A DNA stretch of 64,000 nucleotides, from contig OY762897.2 in the NCBI GenBank assembly GCA_963666515.2, positions 448,001-512,000 of the forward strand, read 5' to 3'. The notes below the pieces were generated by a model. It worked only from the letters and a program-made list of their open reading frames with translations. It had not been told where the DNA came from and did not search any database. Shown piece after piece: positions 30,136-39,688 of the stretch (position 1 is the first letter of the stretch; each line of letters opens with the position of its first letter). The position numbers and the translations under genes are program-made. This DNA comes from Candidatus Binatia bacterium. Lineage in GTDB: Bacteria; Desulfobacterota; Binatia; UBA9968; JAJDTQ01.

Positions 30136-30564
30136 TCAGCAGGGCCTAAACTTGGGCAGGCTGATGTCGTCGCTGACCGGGTCGAACACCACCTCCACCG
30201 CCATCCCGATCTCCACTTCCTCCACCGGGCAACCGACGATGTTCGTGTAGTAGCGCGGGCCTTCTTCCAGATCCACCCAGGCGATGACGTAGGGGATGTC
30301 CTTCTCGAAGGCGCGGGCGCCGCGGCCCGCCAACTGGCGGATGACGGTAAAGGTGTAGACGGTGCCGCGTCCGCTCAACTCCTCCCACTCAAGGTCTTCG
30401 CCGCCGCACTCCACGCACGACGGGCGCGGGCACCACGTCAGCTCTCCGCAGGCGCGGCAGCGCTGCATTACCAGCCGGCCCTCTTTGGCGGCCTGCCAGA
30501 AAGGCGCGGTCAGCTCGGTGATCTCGGGGAGGGGGCGTCGGGGTTCGGTTCCTGCTTCAGCCAT
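30136..30564 (-). CDS. Zn-ribbon/OB-fold protein (DUF35 family)
   Basis: PFWQAA, CRAC...CVEC, SGRGTVYTFT, PYVIAWVDLEEGP. Confidence 0.9.
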   Translation of the reverse strand: MAEAGTEPRRPLPEITELTAPFWQAAKEGRLVMQRCRACGELTWCPRPSCVECGGEDLEWEELSGRGTVYTFTVIRQLAGRGARAFEKDIPYVIAWVDLEEGPRYYTNIVGCPVEEVEIGMAVEVVFDPVSDDISLPKFRPC

Positions 30565-30568
30565 GGGG

Positions 30569-31762
30569 TCACCCGTTGTCGTTGCTGAGAATCGCCACGG
30601 CGGTGGAGCCGAGGTTCTTGCCGTAAGGGAGGCCGCCGAGGCCGGTGCAGAGCCCGGTGCGCGCGCCCGCCACCTGCCGCTCGCCGCCGTCGCCGCGCAG
30701 TTGCGTGACCGACTCCAGGATGTGGATCATGCCGCCGCAGGTGGACGGCTGCCCGCAGTTGATCATGCCGCCGCCGGTCTGGATGGGGAGCGTCCCCTTG
30801 AACGAGAAGTCGGTGGACTCGAAGTACTTCGTGTCGCCCTTGTCGCAGAAGCCCAGGTCCTCGATCTGCATCAGCTCGATGACCACGTAGTCGTCGTAGA
30901 CCTGGGCGAAGTCCATGTCGTTGGCGGTGACGCCGGCCATGTCGAAGGCCCGGGCGCCGGCGTCCCTGATCCCCATGATCGTCGCGTCGGAGTGGGTGCG
31001 GGGGCCGTAGCTGGGGTTGTCCTGCTCGCCGAAGCCCATGAGGTAGACCGGCTTCCGCGGCATGTCCGCGGCCCTTTCCGCGGAGGTGAGGACGAACGCC
31101 TTGCCGCCGTTGGCCGGCATGACGCAGTCCAGCAGTCGAACGGGGTCGGCCACCAGCCGCGAGGTCTTGTAGTCCTCCAGCGTCATGGGCTTCTTGAGGT
31201 AGGCGTTGGGGTTGAGCGACGCGTGGTAGCGGGCGGTGACCGCGATATTGCCCAGTGCGTCCAGGGTGGTGCCGTACTCGTGCATGTGCCGCCGCATCAC
31301 CAGGGCGATGCCGCTGTTGGCGCCCATGAGGCCGTAGGGCACCTCGAAATCCCGCACGTCGCGCGGCTCCACCCCGTTGTGGTTCTCCACGAACGTGCAC
31401 GAAGCGGCCACGCACAGGACCCGGTCCACCAGCCCGGCCTGGATGGCCGCGGCCGCCTGTCCCAGCGACGACACCGTGGCCGCGCCGCCGTTGGCGTTGG
31501 CCAGGGACAGCGCCGGCGTGATGCCGAGGATGGACGCGGTCTCCTCCGGCCAGAAGGGCTGCAGGTAGTTGGTGGTGTAGATGGCCGCGAGCCCCTGACC
31601 GTCGAAGTCCTTGCGCGTGAGGCCGGCGTCCTCCATGGCCAGGCGCGCCGCCCAGGTCAGGTACTCCGGGATGGTCCGGCGTCGCTCGCCCGGGCGCCGG
31701 CCCAGACGGTCCACCGGGGTCTCGCCGATGCCGACGATCGCTGTCGTGCCGCGTATGCTCAT
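30569..31762 (-). CDS. thiolase-superfamily protein (SCP2/Ltp2-like, non-canonical catalytic residues)
   Basis: AIVGIGET, HASLNPNA, LLDC, YDDY, TGGG, QLRG-GERQV; adjacent to DUF35. Confidence 0.85.
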   Translation of the reverse strand: MSIRGTTAIVGIGETPVDRLGRRPGERRRTIPEYLTWAARLAMEDAGLTRKDFDGQGLAAIYTTNYLQPFWPEETASILGITPALSLANANGGAATVSSLGQAAAAIQAGLVDRVLCVAASCTFVENHNGVEPRDVRDFEVPYGLMGANSGIALVMRRHMHEYGTTLDALGNIAVTARYHASLNPNAYLKKPMTLEDYKTSRLVADPVRLLDCVMPANGGKAFVLTSAERAADMPRKPVYLMGFGEQDNPSYGPRTHSDATIMGIRDAGARAFDMAGVTANDMDFAQVYDDYVVIELMQIEDLGFCDKGDTKYFESTDFSFKGTLPIQTGGGMINCGQPSTCGGMIHILESVTQLRGDGGERQVAGARTGLCTGLGGLPYGKNLGSTAVAILSNDNG

Positions 31763-31826
31763 GAGGTACGGGACTCCTTGAAACGCTTCGTGATCACGCA
31801 GACGGGATATCCGCTCGTACGTGTTC

Positions 31827-31872
31827 TTGCGTTAGCGTGACTTTGCGTTAGCGTCAAGGCTCCGGGTATAAT
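31827..31872 (+). promoter_or_regulatory. putative sigma70 promoter of fumarase with a 12-bp direct repeat
   Basis: TTGCGT (31843)-18 bp-TATAAT (31867); TTGCGTTAGCGT occurs at 31827 and 31843. Confidence 0.5.
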
Positions 31873-31905
31873 TCGGTCCGGGAACAGCCGGCGATGCCGC
31901 GAACC

Positions 31906-31935
31906 GTCATTCCGGCGAAAGCCGGAATCCAGGGG
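31906..31935 (+). repeat. single REP-like arm in the fumarase leader
   Basis: GTCATTCCGGCGAAAGCCGGAATCCAGGGG with no partner arm. Confidence 0.8.
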
Positions 31936-31998
31936 TCGGGAAAATCACGTCCGTCGTCTGTTCGAGTTCCCAATAGATCACCAAGGAGAGACCGTTTC

Positions 31999-33612
31999 AT
32001 GTCGGAATTCAAGTTTCAACCCATCTTCGAGCTGGGCGACGACACTACCGAGTACCGCAGCCTGGGCAGGGAGGGCGTGTCGGAGATCGAGGTGGACGGC
32101 CGCACCATCCTCAAGGTGGATCCCGCGGTGCTGCGGAAGCTCACCGCGGAGGCCGTCCGCGACATCTCCCATCTCTTCCGGCCCACGCACCTGGCCAAGG
32201 TGCGCGCCATTCTCGACGATCCCGAGGCTTCGAAGAACGACCGCTTCGTGGCGCTCCAGCAGCTCAAGAACGCCAACATCTCGGCCGGCGGCGTGCTGCC
32301 GGCGTGCCAGGACACGGGCACCGCCATCGTCATCGGCAAGAAAGGCGAGAACGTCTTCACCGGCGCCAACGACGAGGAGGCCTTTTCCGCCGGGGTCTAC
32401 GACGTCTACACCAACACCAACCTGCGCTACTCCCAACTCGCGCCGCTGACCTTGTACGAGGAGAAGAACACGCGCACCAACCTGCCGGCCCAGGTGGAGA
32501 TATACGCTACGCCGGGCGACGCCTACGAGCTGCTGTTCATCACCAAGGGCGGCGGTTCCGCCAACAAGTCGGTACTCTACCAGCAGACCCCGGCGCTGCT
32601 GAACGAGGCGTCCATGCTGGAGTTCCTGGAAAAGCAGCTCAAGACCATCGGCACCGCGGCCTGCCCGCCCTACTACCTGGCCATCGTGATCGGGGGGATG
32701 TCCGCGGAGTTCAACCTCAAGACCGTGAAGCTGGCCAGCACCCGCTACCTGGACGGACTCCCCACCACCGGCAACGAGTACGGGCGGGCGTTCCGCGACC
32801 TGGACCTGGAGGCCAAGGTCCAGGCCATCAGCCACAAGATGGGCGTGGGCGCGCAGTTCGGCGGCAAGTATTTCACCCACGAGGTGCGGGTGATCCGGCT
32901 GCCCCGGCACGGCGCTTCCTGTCCGGTGGGCATGGGCGTCTCGTGCTCCGCCGACCGGCAGGCCAAGGCCAAAATCACCCGGGACGGAGTGTTCCTCGAA
33001 CGGCTGGAGACCGATCCCGCCAAGTACCTGCCGGACTTCGTCGAGGAGGACGACGCCGACGCGGTGGTGAGCGTCGACCTGAGCCGCCCCATGGACGAGA
33101 TCCGCGCCACTCTCTCGAAACATCCGGTGAAGACCCGGCTGTCCCTCAACGGCACCATCGTTGTGGCCCGGGACCTTGCCCACGCCCGGATCAAGGAGCG
33201 GCTCGACGCGGGCGAGCCCTTGCCGGACTATTTCAAGGACCACGTCGTCTACTACGCGGGGCCGGCCAAGACCCCCGAGGGCTACGCCTCCGGCTCCTTC
33301 GGCCCCACCACCGCCGGGCGTATGGATTCCTACGTGGACCTGTTCCAGTCCCACGGCGGCAGCCTGATATCGCTGGCCAAAGGCAACCGCTCGCGGCAGG
33401 TGACCGACGCCTGCAAGAAGCACGGCGGGTTCTACCTGGGCTCCATCGGCGGCCCCGCGGCCATACTGGCCAAGGACAACATCAAGCAGGTGGAGGTGCT
33501 CGACTACCCCGATCTGGGCATGGAAGCGGTGTGGAAGATCGACGTCGAGGACTTCCCCGCATTCATCATCGTGGACGACAAGGGCAACGACTTTTTCGCC
33601 GAGTTGCAGTAG
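31999..33612 (+). CDS. fumA: class I (Fe-S) fumarate hydratase
   Basis: [56 protein letters not shown]; AAGGAG RBS. Confidence 0.95.
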   Translation: MSEFKFQPIFELGDDTTEYRSLGREGVSEIEVDGRTILKVDPAVLRKLTAEAVRDISHLFRPTHLAKVRAILDDPEASKNDRFVALQQLKNANISAGGVLPACQDTGTAIVIGKKGENVFTGANDEEAFSAGVYDVYTNTNLRYSQLAPLTLYEEKNTRTNLPAQVEIYATPGDAYELLFITKGGGSANKSVLYQQTPALLNEASMLEFLEKQLKTIGTAACPPYYLAIVIGGMSAEFNLKTVKLASTRYLDGLPTTGNEYGRAFRDLDLEAKVQAISHKMGVGAQFGGKYFTHEVRVIRLPRHGASCPVGMGVSCSADRQAKAKITRDGVFLERLETDPAKYLPDFVEEDDADAVVSVDLSRPMDEIRATLSKHPVKTRLSLNGTIVVARDLAHARIKERLDAGEPLPDYFKDHVVYYAGPAKTPEGYASGSFGPTTAGRMDSYVDLFQSHGGSLISLAKGNRSRQVTDACKKHGGFYLGSIGGPAAILAKDNIKQVEVLDYPDLGMEAVWKIDVEDFPAFIIVDDKGNDFFAELQ

Positions 33613-33690
33613 AAGGATCGGAAGGAACGGCAAAGGGCGCCCGGCGCCCGTGAAGGACCGGGTTGACGGACCCGTCCAAAGGAGCAGGCC

Positions 33691-34803
33691 ATGAGCGGCA
33701 ACGGCGACGGCAACGGAAAACCATTGATCGTGGATGCGGACGCCCACGTGGTGGAGTGCGACCGCACTTGGGACTACCTGGAGGGCTCGGAGAAACAGTT
33801 CCGGCCGGTGCCGCTGGCGTCGCCGGAAGAGGACGGCGCCGCGCTCCAGTTCTGGCTGGTGGACGGCAAGGTGCGGGGTTTCCGCTTTCCCGCGTTCTCC
33901 GAGGAAGAGCTGCAGCGGCGTCAGGATATCGTAGGACGCAGGTTCGCCGAGGCCAAGGAGGCGCGGGAGCTGGGCAACGTGGGGCTCCGGCTGGAGCACA
34001 TGGACCAGACCGGGGTCGACGTGCAGGTGCTGCACAACACCATGTTCATCGAGCAGGTGACCGAACGCGCGCCGGTGGAGGTGGCGCTGTGCGGGAGCTG
34101 GAACCGCTGGCTCGCCGACATCTGGTCCCAGTCCGACGGGCGGCTGCGCTGGTCGTGCCTGGCGCCTACGCTCAGCATGTCCGATGCCCTGGACCAGATC
34201 CGCTTCTCCAGGGAGCACGGCGCCTGCGCGGTGCTGATGCGGCCGTTCGAGGGCAACCGGATGCTCGTTGACCCGTATTTCTACCCCATCTACGAGGAGG
34301 CCTGCCGCCTGGACATGGCCATCGCCGTGCACATCGCCAACGGCAGCGCCTGGCTGAGCGATCTCTACACTCATCCGATACGGCTGGGAACCACCTTCCA
34401 CCGTTTCCGCATCCCCACCGTGGGAGGCTTCGCCGACGTGCTGTTCAGCGAGGTTCCGGAGGTGTTCCCGAAGCTCCGCTGGGGGTTCATCGAGGCCAGC
34501 GCCCAGTGGCTGCCGTGGATCCTGCACGAGGTGCGGAACCGCTACAAGACCCTGGGCCGGGAATGGCCGGACAACCCCATGGAAGCGTTCCGGATGTTCG
34601 TGACCTGCGAGAACACCGACGACCTGCCCTACATCGTGCAGGAGACCGGCGAGGACGGCCTGGTCATCGGCACCGACTACGGCCACACCGACACCTCCAG
34701 CGACGTGGACGCCATCCGGGTGTTCCGCGAGCGCACCGACCTGGGCGAGGACGTGAAGCAGAAGATCCTGAGCGACAACGCGCGGCGGCTGTACGCGCTG
34801 TAG
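33691..34803 (+). CDS. amidohydrolase family 2 (tandem copy 1)
   Basis: DADAHV, DVQVLH, WNRWLAD, AVHIAN, GTDYGH, SDNARRLY. Confidence 0.9.
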   Translation: MSGNGDGNGKPLIVDADAHVVECDRTWDYLEGSEKQFRPVPLASPEEDGAALQFWLVDGKVRGFRFPAFSEEELQRRQDIVGRRFAEAKEARELGNVGLRLEHMDQTGVDVQVLHNTMFIEQVTERAPVEVALCGSWNRWLADIWSQSDGRLRWSCLAPTLSMSDALDQIRFSREHGACAVLMRPFEGNRMLVDPYFYPIYEEACRLDMAIAVHIANGSAWLSDLYTHPIRLGTTFHRFRIPTVGGFADVLFSEVPEVFPKLRWGFIEASAQWLPWILHEVRNRYKTLGREWPDNPMEAFRMFVTCENTDDLPYIVQETGEDGLVIGTDYGHTDTSSDVDAIRVFRERTDLGEDVKQKILSDNARRLYAL

Positions 34804-34855
34804 GGTGGGTTTCGGACCCGGTCGCGCCCGGGACGGATGAGCAGGGGAGCAGGCC

Positions 34856-35962
34856 ATGAGCGGCGACGCCAATGGGAAGCCCATGATCGTTGACGCGGAC
34901 GCCCACGTGGTGGAATGCGAACGCACCTGGGACTACCTAGAACCCTCGGAGCGGCAGTACCGCCCAGTGCCGCTGGCGGTGCCGGAGGAGGGCGGCGTCA
35001 CGCTGCAGTTCTGGCTGGTGGACGGCAAGGTGCGGGGCAACCGCTTCCCGGTGTTCTCCGAGGAGGAGATGCGGCGGCGCCAGGAGTTGGTGGGCCGCAG
35101 GTTCGCCGAGGCGAGGGAGGCGCGGGAGCTGGGCGACGTGGGTCTCCGGCTGGAGCACATGGACGCCACCGGGGTGGACGTGCAGGTGCTGCACAACACC
35201 ATGTTCATCGAGCGGGTGACCGACCGGGCGCCGGTGGAGGTGGCGCTGTGCGGGAGCTGGAACCGCTGGCTGGCGGACATCTGGGCGCAGTCGGACGGAC
35301 GGCTGCGCTGGTCGTGCCTGGCGCCCACGTTGAGCATATCCGACGCCCTGGACCAGATCCGCTTCTCCAGGGAACACGGCGCCTGCGCGGTGCTGATGCG
35401 GCCCGTCGAAGGCAACCGCCTGCTGGTGGACCCGTACTTCTATCCGATCTACGAGGAGGCCAGCCGCCTGGACATGGCCATCGCCGTGCACATCGCCAAC
35501 GGCAGCGCCTGGCTCGACGAACTGTACCGCCACCCGGTGACGCTGGGAGCCTTCTTCCACCGCTTCCGCATCCCCACGGTGGGCGGCTTCGCGTACGTGC
35601 TCTTCAGCGAGCTTCCCGACCTGTTCCCGAAGCTGCGCTGGGGCTTCATCGAGGCCAGCGCCCAGTGGCTGCCCTGGATACTTCACGAGGCCCGGAACCG
35701 GTTCAGGACCCGCGGCCTGGAGTGGCCTGACAACCCCATGGAAGCGTTCCGGCTGTTCGTCACCTGCGAGAATACCGACGACCTGCCGTACATCGTGCGG
35801 GAGGCCGGCGAGGAAGGCCTCGTCATTGGGACGGACTACGGCCACACGGACACGTCCAGCGACCTGGACGCCATTATGATCTTCCGGCAGCGCGCCGATC
35901 TGACCGAGGACGTGAAGCGCAAGATCCTGAGCGACAACGCGCGCCGGCTCTACGCGCTGTAG
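34856..35962 (+). CDS. amidohydrolase family 2 (tandem copy 2)
   Basis: Collinear near-duplicate of copy 1. Confidence 0.9.
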   Translation: MSGDANGKPMIVDADAHVVECERTWDYLEPSERQYRPVPLAVPEEGGVTLQFWLVDGKVRGNRFPVFSEEEMRRRQELVGRRFAEAREARELGDVGLRLEHMDATGVDVQVLHNTMFIERVTDRAPVEVALCGSWNRWLADIWAQSDGRLRWSCLAPTLSISDALDQIRFSREHGACAVLMRPVEGNRLLVDPYFYPIYEEASRLDMAIAVHIANGSAWLDELYRHPVTLGAFFHRFRIPTVGGFAYVLFSELPDLFPKLRWGFIEASAQWLPWILHEARNRFRTRGLEWPDNPMEAFRLFVTCENTDDLPYIVREAGEEGLVIGTDYGHTDTSSDLDAIMIFRQRADLTEDVKRKILSDNARRLYAL

Positions 35963-36032
35963 GAGCGGGTTCGACAAGCCGCCCGCGCACCGACTACCGC
36001 CCGCCTGGGAACAGGCGAGCAAAGGAGACGCC

Positions 36033-37139
36033 ATGAGTGGAGAAGCCAACGGAAACCCCGTGATCGTCGACTCCGACGCCCACGTGGTGGAATGCGAACG
36101 CACCTGGGACTATCTGGAGGGCTCGGAGAAGCAGTACCGCCCGGTGGCGCTGGCGTCGCCGGAGGAGGCGGGGATCAAGCAGCAGTTCTGGGTGGTGGAC
36201 GGGAAGGTGAAGGGTTTTCGCTTCCCGGCGTTCTCGGAGGAAGCGCTACGGCAGCGCGAGCAGCAGGTGGGCCGCAAGTTCGCCGACGCCGACGAGTCCA
36301 TGGAGCTGGGCAACGTGGGGCTCCGGCTGGAGCACATGGACGCCACCGGAGTGGACGTCCAGGTGCTGCACAACACCATGTTCATCACGCAGGTGACGGA
36401 CCGCGCCCCGGTGGAGGTGGCGCTGTGCGGGAGCTGGAACCGTTGGCTCGCGGACATCTGGTCCCAGTCGGACGGACGGTTGCGGTGGTCGTGTCTGGCG
36501 CCCACCCTGAGCCTGTCCGATGCCGTGGACCAGGTCCGCTTCGGCAAGGAACACGGCGCCTGTGCTGTGCTGATGCGGCCGTACGAAGGCAACCGGCTCC
36601 TGGTGGACCCCTACTTCTACCCCATCTATGAGGAAGCCAGCCGGCTGGACATGTCCATCGCCATCCACATCGCCAACGGCAGCCCCTGGTTCAACGACCT
36701 CTGCAGCCATCCGGTGTCCAATGCAGCCAACTTCCACCGTTTCCGGGTGCCCACCGTGGGCGCCTTCAGCGACATTCTGCTGAGCGAGATCCCGCAGGTG
36801 TTTCCGGACCTGCGCTGGGGCTTCATCGAGGCCAGCGCCCAGTGGGTGCCCTGGATGCTTCGCGAGGTCCACAACCGCTGCCGGGTGCTGGGACGGGAAT
36901 GGCCGGACAACCCCATGGCGGAGTTCGGCATGTTCGTCACCTGCGAGAACAGCGACGATCTTGCCTACATCGTGCAGGAGAGCGGCGAAGACGGCCTCGT
37001 CATCGGCACCGACTACGGCCACACCGACGTTTCCAGCGACGTGGACGCCATCAGGGTGTTCCGGGAGCGCACCGACATCTCCGAGGACGTCAAGCGCAAG
37101 ATCCTAAGCGACAACGCGCGGAGGCTGTACGGGCTGTAG
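36033..37139 (+). CDS. amidohydrolase family 2 (tandem copy 3)
   Basis: Collinear near-duplicate of copies 1 and 2. Confidence 0.9.
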   Translation: MSGEANGNPVIVDSDAHVVECERTWDYLEGSEKQYRPVALASPEEAGIKQQFWVVDGKVKGFRFPAFSEEALRQREQQVGRKFADADESMELGNVGLRLEHMDATGVDVQVLHNTMFITQVTDRAPVEVALCGSWNRWLADIWSQSDGRLRWSCLAPTLSLSDAVDQVRFGKEHGACAVLMRPYEGNRLLVDPYFYPIYEEASRLDMSIAIHIANGSPWFNDLCSHPVSNAANFHRFRVPTVGAFSDILLSEIPQVFPDLRWGFIEASAQWVPWMLREVHNRCRVLGREWPDNPMAEFGMFVTCENSDDLAYIVQESGEDGLVIGTDYGHTDVSSDVDAIRVFRERTDISEDVKRKILSDNARRLYGL

Positions 37140-37200
37140 CGGAGAATCGGGGAAAACTCGAAGGCGAATACTCAGAGAAGTTTCCGGCGAGGTTTGCACG

Positions 37201-37395
37201 ATGCGATTCACCATTGAAACGGAACAAGAGGAAGACGGACGTTGGATCGCCGAGGTATTGGAGCTTCCGGGTGTAATGAAATACGGAAGAACCGAAGCCG
37301 ACGCCATGGCTCAAGCGGAGGCGTTGGCCCTCCGTGTGATTGCCGAAAGAATGGAGGCGGGTGAACAACCACCCGAACCGATCGAGATCCGGTAA
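37201..37395 (+). CDS. HicB-family antitoxin (short form, no HicA adjacent)
   Basis: EQEEDGRWIAEV-ELPGV--YG-T---A pattern of the HicB partial RNase H fold. Confidence 0.8.
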   Translation: MRFTIETEQEEDGRWIAEVLELPGVMKYGRTEADAMAQAEALALRVIAERMEAGEQPPEPIEIR

Positions 37396-37436
37396 ACTTC
37401 TCGCGGCTCGAATCGAATTGAGGGAGGTGTCTGGGC

Positions 37437-37574
37437 ATGGCAACTGTCAAGAAAGGGATACTGACGGGTTCGCCCGAGTGGTGGAAACATCTTCGCAAGA
37501 CGAAGCGTGTCTTCTGGAAAAGGGAACGAAAGGCTGCAAAGCGCGACGGCGAAAGACAAGCACAAGAAAGTTGA
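37437..37574 (+). CDS. 45-aa basic, Trp-rich small protein (not in ORF track)
   Basis: GGAGGT RBS at 37423-37428; translates as MATVKKGILTGSPEWWKHLRKTKRVFWKRERKAAKRDGERQAQES. Confidence 0.65.
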   Translation: MATVKKGILTGSPEWWKHLRKTKRVFWKRERKAAKRDGERQAQES

Positions 37575-37629
37575 CAAACTCTCCGGCGTCAAGGGACCCT
37601 ATCCCTTGGACAGAGCGGGAACTAACGCA

Positions 37630-38919
37630 ATGAGAGTCCGGATTCATCGGGGCACGAAAGAAATCGGCGGCACCTGCATCGAGTTGGAGGCGCAAGGGAA
37701 GCGTATCGCTCTGGACGTCGGCCTGCCGCTCGATGCGCCGGACGACGTGGAGACACACAAGAGCCTGCTGCCGCAGGTTCCTGGGTTCCGGGAACCGGAC
37801 GAGAGCCTGCTCGGCGTACTCATCTCCCATCCCCACATGGATCACTACGGCTTGGCCCAGTACGTCTGCCCGGAAGTCCCGATCTACATCGGAGAGGGCG
37901 CGCACGCCGTCATGAAGGCCGCAAGCCCCTACGTTCCCAACGGGACTGCCTTCGCCGACCCCAACTTCATCGCCAACCGGGCACCGATCGAGATCGGCCC
38001 GTTCCGTGTCACGCCATATCTGGTGGATCACAGCGCATTCGACGCCTACCATCTCCTGGTAGAAGCGGACGGCAAGCGGGTGTTCTATTCCGGCGACTTC
38101 CGCGCCCACGGCCGCAAGGCGAAGTTGTTCGAGGCGATGGTCGCCCGCCCGCCGAAGGACATCGACGTTCTGCTGATGGAGGGGACGACCATCGGGCGGA
38201 CGGGCTCCGATGAAGGCTTTGCCACCGAGGACGACCTTGAGATGGAGTTCGTCCTGGCGTTCCGGGAGACCAAGGGCCTCCACTTCGTCTGGACTTCATC
38301 GCAGAACATCGACCGCATCGTCACGATCTTCCGAGCCGCAAAACGGACCGGTCGCGTGTTGCTCATCGACCTCTATACCGCCGTCGTCCTGGAGGCCACC
38401 GACCGGGACAGCATTCCGCAATCGAATTGGGACGAGGTGAAGGTCTACATTCCGCACCACCAGCAAGTGTTCATAAAGAAGAACAGGCTGTTCGACGACC
38501 GCAATCGCCACCACCCTTTCCGTGTCTACCTCGAGGACTTGCCGGGGTTGGCCAGCCGGGCCGTCATGCTGTTCCGGCCCATGGTGATGGACGACCGCGG
38601 TGTGCAAGGAGTGCTGAGTGGCGCGGGGTTCACCTATTCGATGTGGGAGGGATATCTGAAAGAGCGAGGCTCACTCAGGGTCCTGAAATGGCTCGAACAG
38701 CATGGCATCCTCCGGCGCACCATCCACACGTCCGGCCATGCTTCCGTTGCCGACCTGACGCGCTTCGCTGCCGCTTTGGCGCCACGCACACTGGTCCCAA
38801 TACACTCCTTTGAAACAGGGCGGTTTGAGGAGTTTTTCGATAACGTCGTCCAGAAGGAGGACGGCGAGTGGTGGAGGATTCCAATGAACCCTGGTAAGCA
38901 CGCTGGATTCGAAAGATGA
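37630..38919 (+). CDS. MBL-fold beta-CASP nuclease (RNase J-like)
   Basis: HRG--EIGG, SHPHMDH, VDHS, YSGDFR, MEGT, HTSGHA, PIH. Confidence 0.88.
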   Translation: MRVRIHRGTKEIGGTCIELEAQGKRIALDVGLPLDAPDDVETHKSLLPQVPGFREPDESLLGVLISHPHMDHYGLAQYVCPEVPIYIGEGAHAVMKAASPYVPNGTAFADPNFIANRAPIEIGPFRVTPYLVDHSAFDAYHLLVEADGKRVFYSGDFRAHGRKAKLFEAMVARPPKDIDVLLMEGTTIGRTGSDEGFATEDDLEMEFVLAFRETKGLHFVWTSSQNIDRIVTIFRAAKRTGRVLLIDLYTAVVLEATDRDSIPQSNWDEVKVYIPHHQQVFIKKNRLFDDRNRHHPFRVYLEDLPGLASRAVMLFRPMVMDDRGVQGVLSGAGFTYSMWEGYLKERGSLRVLKWLEQHGILRRTIHTSGHASVADLTRFAAALAPRTLVPIHSFETGRFEEFFDNVVQKEDGEWWRIPMNPGKHAGFER

Positions 38920-38923
38920 CTAC

Positions 38924-39688
38924 ATGATTCTGAAGAAAATTGAAAACAGAACTGAGAACTGGAAAACAGCGAAACACTTTGCCCCATTTCTCAGTAACAA
39001 GAATGCTCGCTTGAGACTGGCGCAAGCACTAGATGGGCGTACTCCAGACCAGGATATACGTATAGAATTGTTCTGGTACGGGATACGGGATTTTTGTGCG
39101 GAAGAACGAAATAAGGAAACAGAACGCGTAGGAGAGGGGTCGAAGGCAAGAAGATCAGCGAAAATTAAGGAGCGGATGTCAGAGTGTTTTGCTAGAGACT
39201 ACGAGGAGCTATTTGGCGATCTGAGTGAAGAGATTGCCGAATTCGAACTGCTAAGTTGTTCCAAGAAATATGAAGTGCCGATCGATAAAATACGGTTGTA
39301 CAACAACCTTGTGCACACGGAGATAGACATTGTCCTGGAATCCTCGAATTGTCTATTCATCGGGGAGGCCAAGGCTGAAATGGACTTCGGGTCCGACGGG
39401 CGGCTGGTCTTGGTGCACCAACTGATTCGTCAGTATGTTGTGGCGAAACTCTTGATCTGTCGCCTTAACCTAAAGAAAACGGTGGTCCCTTTTGTTGTCG
39501 GAGACAACCCTGAACAACTAAGAAAAAAAGGTCAGCTAAAATTCATGATCTGCCAAAAGGGGCTCAGAGAAGACAATGTACTGTCGTGGTGTGAAATAGA
39601 TGCCATTGCAAGAGCAGCGGGCGAAGACGTTCCGAGGTGTCCTCGGATAGATTGTCCGCCTTGCTCAGGAAGATCAGCGTGGCGCTGA
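38924..39688 (+). CDS. putative PD-(D/E)XK (RecB-like) nuclease, AT-rich
   Basis: TEIDIVLE...FIGEAK followed by HQLIRQY; starts 4 nt after the beta-CASP stop. Confidence 0.6.
   Translation: MILKKIENRTENWKTAKHFAPFLSNKNARLRLAQALDGRTPDQDIRIELFWYGIRDFCAEERNKETERVGEGSKARRSAKIKERMSECFARDYEELFGDLSEEIAEFELLSCSKKYEVPIDKIRLYNNLVHTEIDIVLESSNCLFIGEAKAEMDFGSDGRLVLVHQLIRQYVVAKLLICRLNLKKTVVPFVVGDNPEQLRKKGQLKFMICQKGLREDNVLSWCEIDAIARAAGEDVPRCPRIDCPPCSGRSAWR

Noticed and set aside
37630-38919. Housekeeping rnj
   Set aside because: Lacks the C-terminal domain and sits in an accessory context, so the symbol was not assigned.
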